DNA of 62,232 nt, the filler included, from Basidiobolus ranarum (taxonomy: Eukaryota), in assembly GCA_040143965.1 (NCBI GenBank). It is 24 parts of 24 records of this genome, joined end to end, with 100 filler letters (N's around TTAATTAATTAA, not from the genome) between each part and the next. Parts side by side here need not be neighbours in the genome. Positions count along the whole stretch, not along the records: positions 1 to 2,508 come from JASJQH010003259.1; positions 2,609 to 5,115 come from JASJQH010003260.1; positions 5,216 to 7,722 come from JASJQH010003261.1; positions 7,823 to 10,328 come from JASJQH010003262.1; positions 10,429 to 12,932 come from JASJQH010003263.1; 19 more parts are not named here. One strand, 5' to 3'. Below, one piece after another: positions 1 to 12,427 of the stretch. Position numbers and translations under genes: made by a program. The notes under the pieces are model-generated. The model was not told the origin of the DNA and made no database searches. It worked only from the letters and a program-made list of their open reading frames with translations. How positions within the stretch are numbered: position 1 is the stretch's first letter; every line of letters begins with the position of its first letter.

Positions 1-1
1 T

Positions 2-439
2 GGAGAGTACAATGAGTGCGATGATATTGTCGCTCGTCTTCGTTTGTTGGGCTTGAAGGTGGATGCAAATGTATGCCTTGGTATCAGAGGGAGCAAGGGA
101 TGGTCAAAAGACCGTGTTGACAGGTCGAATTGTGATGATATTGTTGCCCATGCTAAGGTCCTAGGCATTCTCAAGGCTGATGTGAATGTGTGTCTTGGCA
201 ATATCCTGAACCTCGGTCACTCTCGAGGCTCCAATAGTGATGAATATAACGAATGCCCAGATATTGCTGCTCGCCTTCGCATATTAGGTCTCAAGTTGGA
301 TGTTGATGTTTGTGTTGGCGTCAAAAGTGCCGGTGGATGGACCAAAGATGATGTACGCCATAAAAGTTGCGAAGACATCCAAGTTCATGCTAAAGTACTC
401 AATATCATCAAAGCTGATGTGAATGTTTGCTTAATTTGA
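2..439 (+). CDS. 5'-partial cysteine-bracketed tandem-repeat protein (4 visible units, alternating A/B), unknown function
   Basis: Frame open from base 2: GEYNECDDIVARLRLLGLKVDANVCLG...CDDIVAHAKVLGILKADVNVCLG...EYNECPDIAARLRILGLKLDVDVCVG...CEDIQVHAKVLNIIKADVNVCLI*. Repeat units are conserved at protein level and diverge at silent sites. Confidence 0.8.
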   Translation, partial: GEYNECDDIVARLRLLGLKVDANVCLGIRGSKGWSKDRVDRSNCDDIVAHAKVLGILKADVNVCLGNILNLGHSRGSNSDEYNECPDIAARLRILGLKLDVDVCVGVKSAGGWTKDDVRHKSCEDIQVHAKVLNIIKADVNVCLI

Positions 440-947
440 TTTTAGTGGTCAACTAATTCTGTTTAGATTTACTCAATAAAGTTGAACACATTTAACGTAA
501 CTAACCATTACTCTCATTACTTGTAATACATAATGTTGTTTATATTCATATACCGTACAACTCGTGTATCACTCAAACTCTTGGTGCAATGTTGTCTTAT
601 TGCACATATAAATTTGTATCAAAGTGGAACAGCATTCCGCAATGCAACTTCGTCATAATTACGAGAGGCTTTGATTTTGCAGGGTCAACATTTGATGTGA
701 AAAAATGAGAACATCTAGTTTTAATCTGATCTGTAAAAATCAGGTCACTCTTTAGAAGAGGTTTATTTGTTGAAATTGGAAAATCTAACCGCTAACAGTA
801 AATAAACATATTTCGAGTGAAAGTATGCATGATGTGTATGATGTAACTTAATGAAGTGGAATGGAGTACGTGTTTGAAGCTAAATTTACAGTGGATATAT
901 CTCATTAAGGGTAACGAAACTAGAACCATTATCCTTCGGTTTTACGT

Positions 948-2508
948 TTAGTTGTTAGCTTCAGCCATCTTGTTTAAAGCAGATCCTGCCTTGAACCATT
1001 CAATTTGGTTCTCGTTGAAAGTGTGGTTAACTGGGATTTCAATCTTCTCGCCATTATCACGGGAGATACGAAGGGTCAAAGGCTTACCAGGGGTGAAGGT
1101 GGTAAGACCAACGATGGAAACCTTGTCAGAAGGTTGAATCTTCTCGTAATCCTGAGGATTAGCGAAAGTCAAAGGAAGAACACCTTGCTTCTTCAAGTTA
1201 GTCTCGTGAATACGAGCGAAGGACTTGACAACAACGGCAATACCACCCAAATGACGAACTTCAAGAGCGGCGTGTTCGCGGGAAGAACCTTCACCGTAAT
1301 TCTCGTCACCAACAACGACCCAGTTGATACCCTTGGCCTTGTAGTCTCTGGCAACAGCTGGAACAGCTCCGAATTCACCGGTCAACTTGTTCTTGATTTT
1401 GTTGGCTTCACCATTTTCGGAGTTAATAGCACCAATCAACATGTTGTTGGAGATGTTGTCCAAATGGCCACGGTACTTGAGCCAGGGACCAGCCATTGAA
1501 ATGTGATCAGTGGTGCACTTACCCTTGACCTTGATCAAAACTGGAAGATCTTCAGCATCCTTACCATTCCATTTGGTGAATGGCTCGAGAAGTTGTAATC
1601 TGTCACTTTCGGGAGAAACAACGACTTGTACGGATGAACGATCCTCAGGAGGAGCTTGGTAAGTGTTCTCTCCAGCATCATAACCACGAGGAGGAAGTTC
1701 GGCACCATTGGGAGGAGTGAACTTGAACTTCTTGCCATCAGCACCAGTGAGTTCATCAGTCATAGGGTTGAAACGAAGGTCACCGGCGAAAGTCATGGCG
1801 GTAACGAGTTCTGGAGAGGCTACGAAAGCATGAGTGGCAGGGTTACCATCGTTACGTCCAGTGAAGTTTCTGTTGTAAGAAGTGATAATAGAGTTCTTAT
1901 CTCCCTTCTTGATATCTTGGCGATCCCATTGTCCAATGCATGGACCACAGGCGTTGGCAAGGACTACACCACCAGCTTTATCGAATACTTCGATTTGTCC
2001 GTCACGGGCAATGGTAGCACGAATTTGCTCAGATCCTGGGGTAATAGTGAATTGAGACTTGACCTTAAGACCGTGATCGAGAGCTTCTTGAGCAAGAGAA
2101 GCAGAGCGAGACATATCTTCATAGGAAGAGTTGGTGCAGGAACCGATAAGTCCTACCTTCAATTCACTAGGCCAGTTGTTCTTCTCAACAGTCTCCTTGA
2201 ATTTGCTCAAAGGAGTGCAGAGATCAGGAGTGAAAGGACCGTTAATGTGAGGTTCTAATTCATCCAAGTTGATCTCAATGACTTCATCGTACTTGGCACC
2301 TTCGTCAGCGCGAAGATTGTGAGCGAACTCTTCGGATGACTTAGCGATATGAGGACGGCTAGTAGCACGAAGGTAATCACCCATACGCTTGTTATAGGGG
2401 AACACAGAGGTGGTAGCACCAATTTCGGCACCCATCTTACAAATGGTAGCCATACCAGTGCAAGATAAGCTTTCAACACCAGATCCGAATTATTCGACAA
2501 TAGCACCA
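948..2508 (-). CDS. ACO1: Mitochondrial aconitate hydratase, 5'-partial (C-terminal two-thirds)
   Basis: Motifs [22 protein letters not shown] (4Fe-4S Cys), [36 protein letters not shown]; no introns in this part. An in-frame TAA at 2490-2492 near the contig edge is probably a sequence error. Confidence 0.97.
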
Positions 2509-2608
2509 NNNNNNNNNNNNNNNNNNNNNNNNNNNNNNNNNNNNNNNNNNNNTTAATTAATTAANNNNNNNNNNNNNNNNNNNNNNNNNNNNNNNNNNNN
2601 NNNNNNNN
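2509..2608. other. Artificial contig-joining spacer N44-TTAATTAATTAA-N44 (first of 23; the others start at 5116, 7723, 10329, 12933, 15537, 18140, 20742, 23343, 25943, 28543, 31140, 33736, 36332, 38927, 41520, 44111, 46702, 49292, 51882, 54472, 57060, 59647)
   Basis: Identical 100-bp blocks carrying a six-frame stop linker; the intervening pieces decrease steadily in length from 2508 to 2486 bp. Confidence 0.99.
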
Positions 2609-2769
2609 CACTAGACCTTGTGATAAACTTGATCATAAAAGACTAGGGCCTTTTAAGATTATTTAGCAAATCAATTCAGTAGCCTTCCACCTTGAACTTT
2701 TAGCCCATTTCAAAGTCCACAATGTATTCCATGTCTCTCTCTTAGAGCCACATGCAAGAAACACCCTAC

Positions 2770-3330
2770 TTTTATCGGTTTGGGCAATGAAAGAGTTATA
2801 AATGGCCGAGTAGATCTTGTCAGCATGTTCTTGAAAAAATACAGCCTGATCTAAATCATCGGCAAGGTCTAAAAAATGTGTAAATAACGCAAATGTTGCA
2901 GAAAAATAAGAGCAAAAGGATCTTCAATTCTAATGCATAGCTAGTTCAAGAGAAACGTACCAAGAAGATTCCATAGAGCTAATAGACGAAGCCTAGGCTT
3001 GCTGCGCTCGTCAAAGAATGGTTTGGCCTTCTTTAATAATTTCTCTAAACGGCTTTCTGGAGTGGAGGGAAGAGTTTCTTTCTCTCGGCCAGAAAGCATT
3101 CGAGAGAAATTGAATCGATTAGGCGAATTAGGCGAAACTTCTGGCACCACGGGCACAGGTAGCTCGCCATTTATTTGTTCAGGCTCAAGAGTAAAATGAT
3201 TGGTAGGCGTAGAAGGCTCAGGTCTGTTGCTATTATTTGTAGAATTAAGTTGACGAGGAGTTTTTCTACCAAAAGGCCTACGAATGGATAGGCGAGAGGA
3301 GAGCGGATTTAAAGATAAAAGGGAATTCAT
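2770..3330 (-). CDS. First two exons (3330-2961 and 2868-2770) of a gene resembling the N-terminus of Ral GTPase-activating protein alpha subunit; 3'-partial
   Basis: GTACGT donor at 2960 and TAG acceptor at 2869 splice in frame to give EKLLKKAKPFFDERSKPRLRLLALWNLL-DLADDLDQAVFFQEHADKIYSAIYNSF; next GT donor at 2769. The similarity to RALGAPA N-termini is from memory only. Confidence 0.5.
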
Positions 3331-5215
3331 AGAAAAGTGAGATCACCCAAACAGGTTGGGCCGAAAAAATGAAGATTTTAGCAATAAGTTATCTTAAAAG
3401 CAGTGATACGGAGAAGAAGAAAGGTAAGTATAGAAAGAGTTCCCAAGAATGTGATCAAGATTTTGAAATTTGTAAAGTGAAAGCGACTATCTATTCCAAC
3501 TTTGACACGCTCCAAATATTTACAACGCAAGTATACTAACAAATTGAATGAATAGAAATCAAGTAGTCAGTCACACTTGTGTAGTTGGCGATGTCAGATC
3601 CAAGAGCCAAATGCGATGATAATTTCCCCGAACACACCAAAACATAACGATCTTTATTGGCCTATCATATCCGACCAACTGCTAACATACTAGACAGTTG
3701 CTACGTATTTTCCTTTATCCTGTATAATTCTGTTTTATTGAGATAGTCTTGGCTAGTAGTCTCACCAAGTGTAGCCGTTTGTTCTTGTGTATCACGCACA
3801 CTATTACTGGTTAGTTCTTGGGACATGGAGGTACTATTGTCTGGATTGTTGCACCAGAATAGTGGAGTTTTTGGGAGTTATCAATGCGTTCCAAATGAGA
3901 TGGTGGACAAGAAATAATCCTACTTTTTAGTAGTGTAAGAGCTGGTTGGCTGGCTATTGCCGGAAAGTGCCAGAATCATGATTCAGTATTCATGAGAATA
4001 CATTTTAAGGAAATACTATTGATTGATTTCCTAGCCATATATGTAATGGCTGTTCCTGCCCTCAACTCCATACAGAGCTGCGTTTCAAAAAGTCGGTTTC
4101 TACTTGTTTAAGGGTTCTTTGAGTCATAATAATGTGAATATACAAGTACCCCAACGATACGCAGCTGATTGCCAACACAGATGAGTCAGCTCTATCCTAT
4201 TTGATGGCGAATCGGGACACCATCTAAAGGTTCTCATTTCCAACAAAATCTCACTCCAAAGAAAAGCTTCATATCGGTGAAGCACATTAACTATTAGAAT
4301 ATAGCGACTTCATGTAGACACTGCAGCTGATCACAGTTCATTACTCAGATGAAAACCGGTTGTGGCGCTTTGAATGCGGCGATCACTAAGTCGGGGCTAT
4401 TTATAGACGCACTTGAAGACTCTAGCGGTTCTTGGTTCAGCTTCGGGATATGAGAGTAAGAGGAGCATCTCTCAACAAGCTTAGGTCGAATGTATGCTTG
4501 GAATGGAATCAACCACTGAGAGTATGAATGTACCGTATTGAGAAGTCAGTATCAGTTTCTATCACTGAATGAACGTTGCAGGTGTGTTGAAATCTAGAGA
4601 TTATGGGCGCAAGGAAAATACTTTTATCCCCAGTATACCTCCCGATACGCCACACAATACGGGAAGTGGCATTCATATACCCACCACTGTGATGCCTCTG
4701 TTACACAGAAGCGCCAATGGTTCCGTAGGTAAGCACACCAATGGGATTATACCCCAGTATATGATGTTTTATTGGTAATTGCTTTTGGCCATATATACTA
4801 GCATTAAATAGACAAATGACTCTTCTGATCATGTTGATGATGTGTATTCACATATTATTGAATACTCCCAGAATTGATGATGAATTTAATTCAGTTAATA
4901 TCCTGATGGCCATATTTCAATTCCTGACCATTATACTTGTTAGTTACAGTTGCACTGTAGAGTGTACCAAGAGTCTTATATTCTCAGTGGAGTGAAATCA
5001 GAAAATGTTGGAGGATCTTGACATAATGGGGATAGACTTTGAGTATTAGAAGCAACTTATGATAGTGTGTTTTAGTTACTTTATTCTTAAGAGTATATGG
5101 TGACTTATATAGTAGNNNNNNNNNNNNNNNNNNNNNNNNNNNNNNNNNNNNNNNNNNNNTTAATTAATTAANNNNNNNNNNNNNNNNNNNNNNNNNNNNN
5201 NNNNNNNNNNNNNNN

Positions 5216-7170
5216 AGACCTGGTACAAGTTGAAAACACTTGTCAACTCCATGACTTATAATTCTTCAGTAATTAAACTAAATTCATGTCAAAATGGTTG
5301 TTTGGCTTTTACTGGTGATCTGAAAAACCTGAAATTATGTACAGTTTGCATACAATGCCAATCAGTAAATCAGGCAAGTATTGTTCATATTTGGCTTAGA
5401 TTGCATTGATTCTCCATCTTAAGGTTTGATGCAATCATCTAAATATAGATCATTGATCCAACAACAAAGTACTCACCATAAAGTGGATGCTACTTCCAAT
5501 ATACTTGATATCACTACCAGAATCTGAAAAGTCAAGTTTCTTTGAGAACATCTTTGATCATGCATTTGCATTGGCTCTGGATGATTTCTCACTAAACAAC
5601 TGTACTGTTGGTAAGGCTTGCTGGCCAATATATTTAATTAACTAAATCTTACTCCTTCTGAACAGTATATTAGTCATCATATTTTGATACTATCCATCAT
5701 ATCTGGACCTAAATCACCATTGCTTATAGATAGCTTCTTGGAGCCTTTGATTGCAGCATTTGAATGATTATCTAATGGGATTCTGATAGGTGAATAGTTT
5801 ATTAAAGCTGATATCATTGTGTGTATTGGTGAAGCTCCTGCCATCAGTAAACCTGGAGGTTTTTGTGGTCACAATGCAATATCTTGCTGTAGATTTTGTC
5901 AAATAAACAAAGTTTACTCTATCAGGTGTACACATTACTACTATCAAAGTATAACACTAAACTTCATGATTTTACCATCATGAACCTGTTAAGATTTCAA
6001 CACGCTCACTGATTTCAATTCACCAAGTAGCCACTCTAACATCAAATTTGTTATCAGCCATAAGCCTAAGAATATATTGCTAAAAGGGATTAGCTGGAGC
6101 CAGAGCTTCCCATTAGGCACTACATATGTACTATTCAACAACATTCAAATAACACTTACTCAGCTTTATAGTAGAAAATGCAATATGAATGAATAAGTCA
6201 AGATAGGATTAAAGTTAGAAACAATTGGGAAAATGCTTGTAACCATCAAGATAACATCATATTTTATCAGGACTCCAACAACTTCCACTCATCTAGGCAT
6301 TTATCCAAATGCAAAGACTAGAAGTATTGAATTTGTATGTATTCAAGAGAAATCATGAATATATTTCTGCCTGATAAGTATTGGCAATGTGGGAGTTGAT
6401 TGTGGATATTGTTAATATACCCTTATGGTATCAACTCACATTGGCATATATTGTATAAATAGAGCAACTCTGCAAAGATATTGTGATTTGATATGAAAAA
6501 CTTTATTACAGGTTTGAAGAAAAAAGATCAAATCTATACCTGTATTCAATACATTCTCTGCTTCATCTTTCACAATGCTTAGAGATTATAGGCTACTGTG
6601 CAAAGATTTTGTAATTGGATGTGAAAAATTTTATTACAGATTTAAAGAAGATAGACAGCATATATTCTGGTATTCAATACATACCCTGCTGCATCTTTCA
6701 CAATGCTTAGAGATTATAGGCCCTTGCTATACATCCTGGGAGTTACCAATGGAGCACACCAGTGGTGAAATGATGCTCCAAGTGACATTGTCAATATGAC
6801 CATCTGCTAATCTGCTCAACAATGTATCAGCACAATCAGTAATGGATGTAATGTGATGGGTTATGAAGACTCCAGAGTATATTAACCTTCCAACAAAGGG
6901 CTCTTCTCAATGTGCCCATGGGTTATTGCATTGTTTGAGCACAATAACAGCAACAAAGCCCAATCAGTGGACACAAAGTAAGTACCTCTATATTTGGTCT
7001 AGTATGTTAGGGTGCTAATCTGTTGGTATTTCTAGGAAAGCTGCATGGCAGACTTCTTGGTACAATAGATCAAGATATGCAATATTATCGATTTAGCCAT
7101 GGGGTAATCTATTCAAATATTGACATATCTACTTGTGGCAGGACATTTGTTAACTGCAAGTTGGGGATAT
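5216..7170 (+). mobile_element. Degenerate CACTA/EnSpm-like (Transposase_21-type) DNA transposase
   Basis: Remnants of CxNGCLAF, ALALD, CWP, ISGPKSP..DSFLEPL, GHNA..CRFC, FPLGT.H, LLHLSQCLEIIGPC.T.WE.PME; many stops and frameshifts; matches other copies in the window. Confidence 0.85.
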
Positions 7171-7722
7171 CATTTCACCACAGGTTTGCTCCATTGGGTA
7201 CTTGCAGGATGTGTAGCAAGGGCTTATAATCTCTGAGCATTATCAAAGATGCAGCAGGGAATGTATTGAGTACCAGCATATATGCAGTCTATCTTCTTTA
7301 AACCTGTAATAAAGTTTTTCACATCCAATTACAAAATCTTTGCACAGTAGCTGTATCTGCCTGAGATCTGCCAATGTGAGTTGATGCCATAAGAAAGTAA
7401 TAACATTAATCACAAACAACTCCCAATGTTGCCAATACTTATGAGGCAGAATTCTTTTCAGGATTCCACTTGAACATATACAAATCCAATACTTCCAGTC
7501 TTTGCATTTTAATAAATGCCTAGATGAGTTGATATTCATGGGAGTCCTGGTAAAATATGATGGTATCTTGATGTTTTCAAGCATTTTCTCAATTGATTCA
7601 AACTTTGATCCTATCTCAAATGGCTCATTCATATTGAATTTTCCACTATATAGCTGAATAAGTAGTATTGGAATGTTGTTGAATAGTAAGTGCATAGTGC
7701 CTAATGGGAAGCTCTGGCTCCA
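7171..7722 (-). mobile_element. Inverted fragment of the same transposase, directly abutting the previous copy
   Basis: ORF 7243-7695 (MHLLFNNIP...KCKDWKYW...HSLLHL) is homologous to 6120-6770. Confidence 0.85.
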
Positions 7723-7822
7723 NNNNNNNNNNNNNNNNNNNNNNNNNNNNNNNNNNNNNNNNNNNNTTAATTAATTAANNNNNNNNNNNNNNNNNNNNNN
7801 NNNNNNNNNNNNNNNNNNNNNN

Positions 7823-8826
7823 CACTATCTGCTTACCATCTATGCCCTTTAACACAATATTTACACCCTCTGATATTGATTACATTGGTCATCAGGTTAA
7901 GTATGGATATGATCCAGTATTGTCACAATATCTTAAAAGATTTATGTCTTGAATGTCACTTTATTTAGATTAGTATTTAAGCTAAATAAAGTCCACACCA
8001 TATGGTGCTTTTCATCCCCTCTAAAAAACTCTTCCTCTCTTCAAGTCACCAATTTCTTAAAAAATTACTACAGTGAACAAGCAGCTCCACTTCATTCTCC
8101 ACTGGACTTTGACATTCAACATTTATGGGAAATAGCACTCTCTAAGGCTTTCAACTAACCTCAGTATTTCCATACTTCAATATTTTCTCTATATTTTGAC
8201 TTCAACTTTTATTGTCAGCATATTATGCTACATTAGCTTATTTGTTTAATAGTTGTTTATCTATTAATTAAGTAAATATTACACCTTGTGGTATTTATCA
8301 TCCCCCCTAACCCTAAATTAGAAGATTGAGGTCATGATTCTCACTTTGTTGAGATTAATACATAAGCTAAATAAAGTCCGAACCACCTGGTGCTTTTCAT
8401 CCCCCCCCCAACCTTTTCCTAACCCCTACCCTTACCAGAACCTCTATATCCTCTTGTTTCTGAATTAGCTTCACAATTGCACAAAACAAAACAGCCCAAA
8501 ATTGTTGCATTAGACTTCCAGCTATACCTTTGGAAGCAATACCTTGCCTCTAAGACACCTTGTCTGATCCCCATTATTCCAGGTTTTTGTCCTATTATCC
8601 ATTTGGTTTGTACTGAGTACCTTCCTTAATGCATACCATTGTTGCCCCTTAACACTATATTTTTCTTCCTCAGAAGTTGATTACATTGGTCATCAAGTTA
8701 AGTATGGATACAATCCAGTATTTTCACTATATCTTAAAACATTGATGTCTTGATTGCCACTTTGCTTGGATTGGTATATAAGCCAAGCAAAGTCCACATC
8801 ACCTGGTACTTTTCATCCCCCTAACA
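7823..8826. repeat. Cluster of LTR-like segments (family D, ending ...CTTTTCATCCCCCTAACA): two long copies and one partial
   Basis: 7850-8025, 8330-8408 and 8650-8826 are mutually similar; a reverse-complement copy lies at 43935-44110; the third copy ends in AACA next to a copia gag remnant. Confidence 0.65.
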
Positions 8827-8894
8827 TGTTTAGTAGGTGTCTTCCAGGGCTTTCCATACCTTCTTGGCAGTTTTAGCCCTTAAATATTAAGTTA

Positions 8895-9126
8895 TCAATT
8901 TGTGTTTAACATTAAGACAAATTGTGTTAAATTCATTTTGTTCTTTTTAACCTGGAGTAAAACTTTGGTTTTGGATAATTTTGGATTGATTTCTTCTCCT
9001 ACAACAGTGTCCCAAAGTTCTTTTTCTTGCAGCAGCATTTTCATTTTAATTTTCCAAACTTCATAATTGGTTACATCCAATTTTTCAGAAGAGGGAAAAG
9101 TTTCAGAAATTTAAGAAGTAGACATT
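8895..9126 (-). mobile_element. Ty1/copia gag N-terminal remnant
   Basis: EKLDVTNYEVWKIKMKMLLQEKELWDTVVGEE, homologous to the gag starts at 16921 and 35876. Confidence 0.8.
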
Positions 9127-9476
9127 AAAGGGAGTATTTTTTTTAATCTTCATTCACCCTATGTTTTTGTTTAACAGAAAAAATCTTACTGTTGGCCATA
9201 TTTCATATTTGTGTTAGTAGAAAGAATCAAGTAACCAGAATCTTTTCATAATCACAGACAAGCCAAAAATTCAGGCAACATATAGTGGATACTTGATTGG
9301 CAGATCCTCCTTCTTGATTTATCTATGCACATTGCATTGCGGCTGTAACCCCATGTCCACAATGCAAGTGGTAGGAGTCATATTGATTGAGCATTTATAT
9401 ATTTTGAGTCGCCACATGAAACCTCAAGTCCATCACTTTTACATCACCTAAAGACTCGAAAACCCAAGATAGCCTA

Positions 9477-10328
9477 ATGTCAACGACAAAATGTACGCAA
9501 CTGCAGGATTTTTCCAACGAGATTTTGTTCTTAATAGCCTCTAATCTTGAAGAAGAAGACGAGCTAAGTTTCTGCGTAGCTTGTCCCTTTGCTGGTCGGC
9601 TGCTTTCAGAGAAATTTACCGAAATAACATTTTGTGGTTACAACGACGATGTTGGTGAGTATGATTACGGGTATTTCAGAATATATGGCTAAAGTGTTGA
9701 ACATTACCATCTAGATTTGGCTAGTTTTACTCAGGCTCTCTTGATTGAGCCAGGGTTGTTTCCGAACGTAAAGGCTATAAATATATCTATAGCTGCGAAT
9801 GAAGAGGAGGACCAAAAGCCTCCTGGTCGACCCTATCGGCCTTGGATATACGGCGACCCACCAAAAAAGGAGAACAAGCCGTGGAATACGACGATATTAT
9901 CGAAGCTCTTAAACACTGCGGGATATCGAAATTTGAGTCAAGACAAAAATCTCATAAAATGTATTGCTCGTGGTCGAGACGAAGATATTTTCCCCATTTT
10001 GTTCCTCCTCCGTGGGATTGAAAGACTAGAAATAAGCCTTTGTGATGGTGGAGCCGATTCCTTCCTTAGTATGGCAAAATTTCTACGATTGGCGCAAAGT
10101 ACATCGGAACTCCAGGTACAAAATTTGACCAAAGTCACTTATCGTGGAGAGAAGAATAGCATTCCAGTCGCAATCGGCGAACTATTTGCTCTGCCATCGA
10201 TGCGACAGTTCAAGTTCGTAGATTGCTCAGACGACGGAGAACTCGATGGATGGACTTGCCCAAAGGGGACTTCGCCAATCGTGGACTTGAAGTTCAAGAC
10301 TTGCTCGCTTTCAACCTCAGTAGTAAAA
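9477..10328 (+). CDS. F-box protein with LRR/RNI-like body, 3'-partial; intron 9655-9714
   Basis: F-box-like LQDFSNEILFLIASNLEEEDELSFCVAC. A 60-nt GTGAGT...CTAG intron removes the TAA at 9690 and joins the two same-frame ORFs. Downstream LPSMRQFKF and IVDLKFKTCSL are LRR-like. Confidence 0.7.
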
Positions 10329-12427
10329 NNNNNNNNNNNNNNNNNNNNNNNNNNNNNNNNNNNNNNNNNNNNTTAATTAATTAANNNNNNNNNNNNNNNN
10401 NNNNNNNNNNNNNNNNNNNNNNNNNNNNAGCACAACGCGGTGCTACAATTTATTTTGTCCTAGCTGAATGGGTTCAAAGAGTTTATATGACATAGTGAAT
10501 GAATGTAGATTGCTGTGAAAAGTACTGAGCTTCACTCTATATATATTAGTTGATTATTAACAATCTGGAGAGATTTAAGCCACTGTACTTTTGATTATAA
10601 GTATTTATGCCTTTAAATGTAATATATTTATCGTCAACACATCTTTATGGCGTGACTGTTAGCCTGTGGTTGAAAATATATTAGTAATCAGACTATGTGT
10701 CAAATCAGGCACTGGTTGACATAACTTCATAGGTCCTGATGGAATCTTAATTATGGAATACGCTATCCAATCTAAATAACTCTCTATGATACTATAACTA
10801 CCGATTTTTGCATTATCGCCTCTCAGGAATAGCCCTTGCTAATCTCGTTAGTATCTATCGCGATTTGATGACTTCCCCCTCTGCTTTGTAATAGGGGCAA
10901 TAAGCGATCTTTTGGTTGGTTGAAGATGGCATTTCTTCGGCTAAATACCGAATGGAGTACCTTGTTCGTAGGAATTCTAGCTCTGAGCAATTTCGATGTT
11001 TTTCGTGCCTGAGATATCACCCAAACATCTAAGACTGTCATTTACATCACAAATATTTAGAATGTAAGCAAAGATAAATTGCCAATTTTAAACTACAATC
11101 CAACGTGTGTATTGTAGCAGCTCACAATCTGGAAAGTACATTTATGAAATGGTTTATTTGAAGCAAGAAATTGTCACACATATTACATTATGTATAGAAA
11201 GGATTATCGATTGGAGACATTGTCACCTCTTGTGCATTTTACTTGTTGCTATTATGTTTGATGTTACAAGCATTCTCTGATCCTACTTAGTGCAAGGCAA
11301 AGCATACGTGTACTTCTACATGAATTTCATTTTGCTATTACGAATAACGTGCACACCCGCCTGCTTAGAAGGTATACTTCTAGTGGACGCTACATTCGTG
11401 ATAACAGGTGACAGTTATTGATTATTATTATACTAGAAAACTTACTATTTAAATGTTAGCATGAACATACTAGTTACAATCAGAACTAAGGAAATACTCA
11501 CAAGTATTTTATTTAAGTTTGTTGCACGATTACTATCTGCACCTCTGGTGGCTTTGATAATCAAGATGTGTCTTTAAATGCGGGAGAAAAGTAGGCGCCC
11601 TTATCTCGTTTATGTATATAGATCCAGATAGATATCTTCAAGATACATTCAGGTACAAGGGAGTAGAAGAAACCAAGATTTCGGCACGGATATCAGACAA
11701 GAGGCTAAGGAGTCACATTGGCTTCACATATTTGTAAATTAAATAGACAATTGAATGAATACCCTTGATTTACCATTTATCCAATATAGAACACACAAAC
11801 ACATGCATTTCATTTCAACTTTTACGCTCTTTCCGAATCTGCAACAGCCACAGAGCTGGTATTCACCAATCCATTACAACGGAAGGTCGGATAATGTCTT
11901 CAAAATAATCTATTATAATTTCAACATAGAATAGCAATCTCTAATTCTAGCAAATCCATATGTACATTGTTGTTATCTTTGGCTTTCAATCTCTTACTTC
12001 CGTTAGTATTTGAAAAAGAAAGAAGAGAGAGTTCTAATCCATCAAACAACCTAAATTTGCAACTATGAGACAGTATAAAGACCTGAATAGTGCTCCAAGT
12101 CCATAATATTTCGGAGATGCCTGATTTAGTACAATCATTGCCAAGTTGCCCAAAACAGTTCATAGGATTTCTTAAAGTCTAATTAGTAGCAATCTAGAGA
12201 ATGCGCTTCTGTAGCATAAAATAACAGGGAAGACGAATGCGAGTGTTGTATAGAATAGAAATATTGAGCTGATCGGGTCAAGGGTTCAAGTTGTTTATTG
12301 ACGGACGCGTTACTATCAAGGTGCACGAATAATTTTGAAGATGTGAATGCAAGTATCGTAGAAACTCTATGTATATTAGTACTGTACCAAATGGAATAAT
12401 AAATAAATTAACATGGGTTGACCAGAT

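Noticed and set aside
952-2258. Long ORFs antisense to or overlapping aconitase (likewise 50238-50618 on uricase and 25987-26341 on RPL15)
   Set aside because: These are by-products of strong codon bias in highly expressed genes; they carry no recognisable motifs.
2490-2492. In-frame TAA at a conserved Tyr of aconitase (and TAG near 12872 in the cyclin), suggesting stop-codon reassignment
   Set aside because: Both lie in error-rich contig ends with other non-conservative changes (CKM for CNM), and TAA/TAG end many normal genes in this window.
11921-12163. NCFGQLGND resembling an RCC1 repeat
   Set aside because: A single short match with no repeat context or supporting exons.
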